Shown here in pieces: positions 26,630-32,000 of a DNA stretch of 32,000 nucleotides. The stretch spans positions 350 to 32,349 of the forward strand of contig JACOXK010000134.1 in the NCBI GenBank assembly GCA_016182335.1. The letters run 5' to 3'. Below the pieces are notes generated by a model, which was not told where the DNA came from, searched no databases, and was given only the letters and a program-made list of their open reading frames with translations. Origin of the DNA: Deltaproteobacteria bacterium (GTDB taxonomy: Bacteria; Bdellovibrionota; JACOXK01). Position numbers and translations under genes: made by a program. The first letter of the stretch is position 1, and every line of letters begins with the position of its first letter.

Positions 26630-27664
26630 TTATATGAGTCCTAGTTGTGGGGATTTTTGAGTAGATAGAGGTTTAATTTTAAAATATTCATAGGCCAAAG
26701 TGCTTGCCATGCGTCCACGTGAAGTTCTATTAAGATATCCTTCTTGAATTAAATACGGCTCATAAACATCTTCAAGAGTTCCCTTTTCTTCGTGAAGAGC
26801 TGAAGCCATAGTTTCGATACCTACAGGGCCGCCATTGAATTTTTCAATAATAGTAAGTAATATTTTTCTATCCATAGCATCAAAGCCCATTTCATCAACG
26901 TCCAACATATTGAGTGAATCCTTTGCAACATTTTTGGTAATGACACCCTGGGCACGGACTTGAGCAAAATCACGAACACGTTTTAAAAGTCCGTTGGCAA
27001 TACGGGGAGTACCTCGAGATCGTCTGGCAATTTCTAAAGCACCATCTTCTTCAACGGGAATATTTAATATTTTTGAGCTTCGAGTAATAATTTTATAAAG
27101 TTCCTCAGCCTTGTAGTAGTTGAGTCTGGCAATAAACCCAAACCTATCCCTTAAGGGTGATGTGAGTAATCCTGTACGAGTGGTAGCTCCCACGAGTGTA
27201 AATCTTGGCAAATCCAATTTAAGTGTTCGAGCGCTGGGACCTTGTCCAATAATCAGGTCTAATTTAAAATCTTCCATAGCAGGATAAAGAACTTCCTCCA
27301 CAGAAGCATGTAGCCTATGAATTTCATCGATAAAAAGGACTTCTCCTTCTTTTAAGTTGGTAAGAATGGCGGCCAAGTCTCCGGTCTTTTCCAGAATAGG
27401 ACCAGAAGTTGAGACTAAATTCACACCAAGCTCTTTGGCAATGATGATAGCAAGAGAAGTTTTTCCAAGCCCAGGGGGGCCAGAAAAGAGACAGTGGTCT
27501 AAGGGTTCTTTTCTTTTTTTGGTAGCTTCAATAAAAACTTTTAAATTATCAATAACATTTGATTGACCAACGTATTCATCAAATCGCGTCGGGCGCAAAG
27601 AAACATCAAAATTTGTTTCCTCTGCCATTAAAAGAGAGGGATTCACAACTCGATCGTTACTCAT
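26630..27664 (-). CDS. ruvB: Holliday junction helicase RuvB
   Basis: [71 protein letters not shown]. Confidence 0.98.
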   Translation of the reverse strand: MSNDRVVNPSLLMAEETNFDVSLRPTRFDEYVGQSNVIDNLKVFIEATKKRKEPLDHCLFSGPPGLGKTSLAIIIAKELGVNLVSTSGPILEKTGDLAAILTNLKEGEVLFIDEIHRLHASVEEVLYPAMEDFKLDLIIGQGPSARTLKLDLPRFTLVGATTRTGLLTSPLRDRFGFIARLNYYKAEELYKIITRSSKILNIPVEEDGALEIARRSRGTPRIANGLLKRVRDFAQVRAQGVITKNVAKDSLNMLDVDEMGFDAMDRKILLTIIEKFNGGPVGIETMASALHEEKGTLEDVYEPYLIQEGYLNRTSRGRMASTLAYEYFKIKPLSTQKSPQLGLI

Positions 27665-28236
27665 CGCAGCGCTATCTGCCTTAATACGTTCTTAACTAAT
27701 ACCTCAACACCAAGATCATTCGTACTCATCTTATTAATAATCTTTCTTACATCTTCTTCTCTATATCCTAAATTGACCAAAGCACTCACCGCATCCTCAC
27801 AGTGGGAGTTCGCGCCAGAAGTGGAGCTTACAAACTTTTCAATCTTGCCTTTTAATTCAAGAAGAATCTTTTCTGCCTTTTTCTTACCAATACCTGGAAT
27901 GGAAGAAAGAGCTTGAATATTTCCCTGAAGAAGAACTGTTTTTAATTTCTCAAAAGGCATGCCAGATAAAATAGTTATCGCTAACTTTGGGCCTATTCCA
28001 TTGACTGAGATAAGAGTTTTAAATAAATCCTTCTCTTCAGAACCTAAAAAACCGTACAGTTCTAAGGCGTTTTCCCGAATATGTGTGTAGATAAATAACT
28101 TACATAAGGACTGAGAGTTTCCAAGTTTTTCACAAGTTTGCAATGAAATCTTTACTTCGTACCCTACCCCATTAACATCCAAAAGAAGACGATCAAGTTT
28201 AGTTTCTAAAATTTTTCCCGATAAATAACCAATCAT
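27661..28236 (-). CDS. ruvA: Holliday junction DNA-binding protein RuvA
   Basis: [66 protein letters not shown]. Confidence 0.97.
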   Translation of the reverse strand: MIGYLSGKILETKLDRLLLDVNGVGYEVKISLQTCEKLGNSQSLCKLFIYTHIRENALELYGFLGSEEKDLFKTLISVNGIGPKLAITILSGMPFEKLKTVLLQGNIQALSSIPGIGKKKAEKILLELKGKIEKFVSSTSGANSHCEDAVSALVNLGYREEDVRKIINKMSTNDLGVEVLVKNVLRQIALR

Positions 28237-28287
28237 AAATTCAGTTTTAAGTTATAAGTTTTAATTGGCATTTAATCTATAACTCTT

Positions 28288-28782
28288 CTAACATGCCCTA
28301 TCAATTCTCTCCTTAAATTTATATGTTTGAGCATGACACATTGCAATGGCCAACGCATCTGCAGCATCTTCAAAAGGAGGGTTGCTTAGTTTTAAAATCA
28401 CCTGAATCATTCTTTGCACTTGTTCTTTCGGAGCGTTTCCTATACCGACTGCAGCCTGTTTTACTTCTAAAGGAGTGTATTCGTAAATTGCAACCCCCTT
28501 ATGAATCGCTGCAAGAAGAGATACCGATCGAGCTTCTCCTAATTTCAGCATGGATTGGGCATTTTTGGAATAAAAAACTTTTTCTATAGCACAATGCTGC
28601 GGTTGAAATTCGAGAATTACGTGCGATATCTTTTCGTATAAACAGGAAAGTTTGTCTGCAAGTTGCTTGAATTCCTTAAGATGAATAACTCCGTGACTCA
28701 TGTGTTGTGAAACATGCCCCTCAACGTCGATAAGACCATAGCCTGTTTTGAGGGATCCTGGGTCTATTCCTAATATTACCAT
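28288..28782 (-). CDS. ruvC: Crossover junction endodeoxyribonuclease RuvC
   Basis: VILGIDPGSLKTGYGLID, CAIEKVFYSKNAQSMLKLGEARSVSLLAA, DAADALAIAMCH. ORF track start is GTG 28788. Confidence 0.97.
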   Translation of the reverse strand: MVILGIDPGSLKTGYGLIDVEGHVSQHMSHGVIHLKEFKQLADKLSCLYEKISHVILEFQPQHCAIEKVFYSKNAQSMLKLGEARSVSLLAAIHKGVAIYEYTPLEVKQAAVGIGNAPKEQVQRMIQVILKLSNPPFEDAADALAIAMCHAQTYKFKERIDRAC

Positions 28783-28787
28783 CAACA

Positions 28788-28842
28788 CGTCATTGCGAGT
28801 TCTACGAAGCTCACGGAGTGAGTGAAGTAGAACGTGGCAATC
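28788..28842. repeat. Type B palindromic repeat between yebC and ruvC
   Basis: CGTCATTGCGAG - TTCTACgaaGCTCACggagtgaGTGAgtgaaGTAGAA-type hairpin - CGTGGCAATC; outer flanks match the reverse complement of 2151-2185 in actB. Confidence 0.68.
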
Positions 28843-29594
28843 TATTCCGTCGCTATCTTTTCCATTTCACTTTCATCAATATCAAAATTGGAATAAACCT
28901 TCTGCACATCGTCACAATCTTCAAGGCTTTCCATAAGACGAAGCATTTGCTCAGCTTCCTTTCCTGCTAACTTCACGGTGTTCTTAGGTACCATTGAAAC
29001 TTCTGTTAAATCCCATTGAATTTTGTTTTTCTCAAGCGCCTCTTTAGTGGTTTCAAATGCGCAAGGGTCTGTGCGAATTTCAAACGCATCTTTTTCGTCA
29101 CTAATATCTTCAGCACCTGCTTCCAAAGCAATTTCCATCAACTGGTCTTCTTTCGCTTTAGTTTTATTTACAACAATAACTCCCTTTTTCTCGAACATCC
29201 AAGCAACACTTCCATTGGCTCCCAAATTTCCATTATTTTTCGTCAGAATAGATCTAATTTCAGCTACCGTCCGATTTTTATTGTCGGTCAAACTTTCTAT
29301 AAAAAGGGCTGTTCCACCCGGACCATATCCTTCATAAGTTACTTCTTCGTAAGTAGCTCCCTCTATTTCTCCAGTACCCTTTTTAACGGCTCGATCAATA
29401 TTAGCAAAAGGCATGTTATTCTCTCGAGCAGTTTGAACAGCTGAGCGCAAACGCGGATTAGCCTCCACATTACCGCCACCCACTCGAGCAGCAACAGTGA
29501 TTTCTTTGATCAGTTTTGTAAAAATTTTGCCACGCTTGGCATCAAGCGCCCCTTTCTTTCGTTTAATCGTACTCCACTTACTATGTCCTGACAT
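28842..29594 (-). CDS. yebC: YebC/TACO1-family protein
   Basis: [76 protein letters not shown]. Confidence 0.97.
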   Translation of the reverse strand: MSGHSKWSTIKRKKGALDAKRGKIFTKLIKEITVAARVGGGNVEANPRLRSAVQTARENNMPFANIDRAVKKGTGEIEGATYEEVTYEGYGPGGTALFIESLTDNKNRTVAEIRSILTKNNGNLGANGSVAWMFEKKGVIVVNKTKAKEDQLMEIALEAGAEDISDEKDAFEIRTDPCAFETTKEALEKNKIQWDLTEVSMVPKNTVKLAGKEAEQMLRLMESLEDCDDVQKVYSNFDIDESEMEKIATE

Positions 29595-29786
29595 AAAAAC
29601 TCCTTTAACATTCTCTCAATCACGTTGAGGGATCCATACTTGTTTCTAATAAAACATTTATTGCAAGGCAAGAGAACAAAATTCAATGCTAAGAGAGATG
29701 TCTCTTTAGACATATTTAATAAGGGCAATTACGCAATGTAAAAACTTGACCAGGGAATTCATACCCACCTATAGTACAAGGATCCT

Positions 29787-31328
29787 ATGTTTATATCAGC
29801 TCTTCTTTTTTCTGCCATAGTGAGTTCGGTTCATGTTGGTCCTTATCTTCAGTCTGTTACGAAAAATTCTTCTTGGGTGAAGTGGGAAACAACCCAACCA
29901 CTGCCCAGCATCGTGTACTACGGAAATTCCCTCTCTCTTAAAAATAGTGCTATTGGAGTGAGAAGAAAGGGGAAAACAGTAGATGGAACAACAAAGACAT
30001 GGGTTCACGAAGTAGAGCTACAGAATCTTGCTCCTGCATCTTATTACTTTTACAGTCTTGAGAAAAAACCAGCAACTGAAAACATCTTTCGCTTTCGAAC
30101 ACCACCTCAAAATTCGCAACTTCCCTCATTTAGCTTTTTGGTTTACGCTGATATTCAAGCGAAACCTGACAAAATTCACACAGCTATTTCTAATGAAGTC
30201 ACTGAAATCATGAAAGAAGAGTATGGTGGTACTCCCGAAGAACAACTTGCCTTTGCCCTCATCGCTGGTGATCTCGTAAATAACGGAAATAATTATGACG
30301 AGTTTAAAAAGATTTTTTTCGATCCTATACGTTCTTTAGCTGGACACTTTCCTTTTTATCCAGCGATTGGAAATCATGAGAAAAATAATTCCATTTATTT
30401 TCAATACTTTCACCTTCCAGAAAATGGTACTCCTGGATTTATAGAACACTGGTATTCGTTTGAATATGCTAACACTCACATCATAAGCTTAGACACAAAT
30501 AAGGCCTATCGTATTGATGAACAACTCCAGTGGTTAGATTATGACCTCACGAAGGCCTGTCTTCGTCCCTATGTTGATTTCATCTTTCTTGTCTTTCATC
30601 ATCCCTATATTTCTGAGTTAAATATTGATGACGAAGTCCCATTTTCTGGAAAGATCACCCACAAAGTAGAAGCCAAGCTTCAGGAGTGTGGAAAGGCGGG
30701 AGCTCTTTTTTATGGTCACACGCATGCTTATGCCAGAGGGCAATCCAAGGATGTTCCTCTGTATTGGGTAAGCGCTGCTTCAGGCGGTGGAGCCATCGAT
30801 TATTGGGGACGAGACAAAACCCGAGATTACAAAAATATTCAGAAGTCCTTTGATGAGTACGGCTATCTCATCATTGATGTCACAACTGGCCAAGATGCTG
30901 GCTTTCGCGGTCGCAGATTCTCGCTTGGTGACGATTTTATAACAAAGAAAAGAAATGTTCAGGATTTATTTTATTATAGAAAAAATAACGAACCACCAGA
31001 TTCGCCTACGCTCCTACAAAGCCGCACGTCACCCCTGCTGGCAACAGCTTATCATGATAGTGATGGAGACCTTCACCTGGAAACAGATTGGCAACTCTGG
31101 TCACCGCAGGGACCAATGAAAACTTTCTGGTTTCGTTATGAGAATTGGTACAACCCCTTTGATGGAAATAACAGAGATTGGAAGCAAGGCCCACTAAGAG
31201 ACATTGATACGAACGCAGGATACGATCTTACAACGCTCAAAGTACCTTCCAATTATATCGGCCGTGGTCTCTTCTGGCATGTTCGTTATCGAGATGCTGG
31301 TCTTATCTGGAGCGATTGGTCTGAGTAG
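29787..31328 (+). CDS. Secreted purple acid phosphatase-like metallophosphoesterase
   Basis: N-terminal signal and FN3-like VGPYLQSVTKNSSWVKWET; metallophosphoesterase motifs LVYADIQ, IAGDLVNNG, PAIGNHE, VFHHPYIS, LFYGHTHAYARG. Confidence 0.85.
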   Translation: MFISALLFSAIVSSVHVGPYLQSVTKNSSWVKWETTQPLPSIVYYGNSLSLKNSAIGVRRKGKTVDGTTKTWVHEVELQNLAPASYYFYSLEKKPATENIFRFRTPPQNSQLPSFSFLVYADIQAKPDKIHTAISNEVTEIMKEEYGGTPEEQLAFALIAGDLVNNGNNYDEFKKIFFDPIRSLAGHFPFYPAIGNHEKNNSIYFQYFHLPENGTPGFIEHWYSFEYANTHIISLDTNKAYRIDEQLQWLDYDLTKACLRPYVDFIFLVFHHPYISELNIDDEVPFSGKITHKVEAKLQECGKAGALFYGHTHAYARGQSKDVPLYWVSAASGGGAIDYWGRDKTRDYKNIQKSFDEYGYLIIDVTTGQDAGFRGRRFSLGDDFITKKRNVQDLFYYRKNNEPPDSPTLLQSRTSPLLATAYHDSDGDLHLETDWQLWSPQGPMKTFWFRYENWYNPFDGNNRDWKQGPLRDIDTNAGYDLTTLKVPSNYIGRGLFWHVRYRDAGLIWSDWSE

Positions 31329-31375
31329 GCTATTGAATAGATCTTACAAACCACCCAACTTCCGCTTTCAGTCCA

Positions 31376-31723
31376 TCATCCCCGTCTTCTTTCTTTACGC
31401 CCAAAGCCTATTTGAATATGAAGATGTTGCACTGGGTCATCCATTCTGAGCACAGAAGCAGCATTCAAAAGTTCAGAACTCACCCTTTCTTCTTGTAATG
31501 CTTTTATGGCTTTATCTTCTTCATCTTCAAGAAATTCACCAAGATTATTGATACGAAAAAAAATGATCAAGCTGTTATGTATTCCACAAAGTTGTGCCAT
31601 GGCATTGGAAATAGTGTCTTTCCGCTGATCAGGACTTTTCTGCAAATAGGAAATGCTAGTCTGTAGATTTTGAAACATATCAAGAAGTGATCCCCCAAGC
31701 GCCTGCAAATTGTGTAGTGCCAT
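31376..31723 (-). CDS. Small protein of unknown function
   Basis: 115-aa ORF, overlaps the upstream partial ORF in a way compatible with a co-transcribed pair; no recognised motif. Confidence 0.4.
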   Translation of the reverse strand: MALHNLQALGGSLLDMFQNLQTSISYLQKSPDQRKDTISNAMAQLCGIHNSLIIFFRINNLGEFLEDEEDKAIKALQEERVSSELLNAASVLRMDDPVQHLHIQIGFGRKERRRG

Positions 31724-32000
31724 AAGGAAGCGTAATCCACGTTATGCCATCTTCATCCGTCATTTCTGGAAAGTATCCTTGCAATTTATCAATGATAAAT
31801 TCTCTAATTTTAGCGATAGCCTCTTCCAGCTTCCTTTTGATTTGTGCAATATCCCCAGAATCACCCATGCCCACAGTTAAGTTTCCACTAGGAAAATTAG
31901 AATTTTGAATAGCCAAGGGATTATGAAAAGGGGAAGATGAAAAGTCTGTTTTTAAAGGTTCTGAAAGAATTCTAAATTTTTTTGGGTTGGCTTTTGCTAA
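31680..32000 (-). CDS. C-terminal part of an unidentified protein, 5' end beyond the window
   Basis: The frame of the 31680-31916 ORF stays open to base 32000: LAKANPKKFRILSEPLKTDFSSSPFHNPLAIQNSNFPSG...GAWGITS*. Confidence 0.5.
   Translation of the reverse strand, partial: LAKANPKKFRILSEPLKTDFSSSPFHNPLAIQNSNFPSGNLTVGMGDSGDIAQIKRKLEEAIAKIREFIIDKLQGYFPEMTDEDGITWITLPYGTTQFAGAWGITS

Noticed and set aside
29016-29444. 142-aa ORF antisense to yebC
   Set aside because: Fully contained in the highly conserved yebC gene on the other strand and of low-complexity composition.
26630-29594. ruvB-ruvA-ruvC-yebC cluster as a novel repair or defence island
   Set aside because: This is a common bacterial arrangement with intact standard motifs; only the repeat between yebC and ruvC is noteworthy.
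1-32000. Prophage, integron or defence island
   Set aside because: No integrase, phage structural, restriction-modification, toxin-antitoxin or transposase gene was recognised; the content is mainly core genes.

Overview
32 kb bacterial window that reads mostly as chromosomal core. From left to right: an orphan AAA/DUF4143-type ATPase gene with two operator-like repeats at its promoter; an alternative complex III operon (actABCDEF-like) with no cytochrome oxidase genes behind it; an HD-GYP protein; a FliA/WhiG-type sigma factor; a decayed lipoprotein gene and mlaEFD; a secreted protein; two membrane-anchored type I phosphodiesterase (AlkP superfamily) genes flanking a cysD-cysN pair that lacks an APS kinase; an NtrC-family response regulator; der; rnc; a KimA-like permease; ruvB-ruvA-ruvC-yebC; a secreted metallophosphoesterase; and two unidentified small proteins, one running off the window. 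The most notable signal is palindromic elements that lie in frame inside coding genes of the complex III operon. actE carries a 180-bp in-frame insertion directly after its start codon, bounded by the 7-bp direct repeat TGAGTTT. Removing it restores a canonical lipoprotein signal peptide. actB contains two further in-frame stretches that match short repeats found upstream of the sigma factor gene and between ruvC and yebC. Other signals are an in-frame TAA splitting a phosphodiesterase-TPR gene, a decayed gene ahead of mlaEFD with a possible sigma-28-like promoter, and two large imperfect palindromes in intergenic DNA. Family assignments come from recalled motifs, with no database search.
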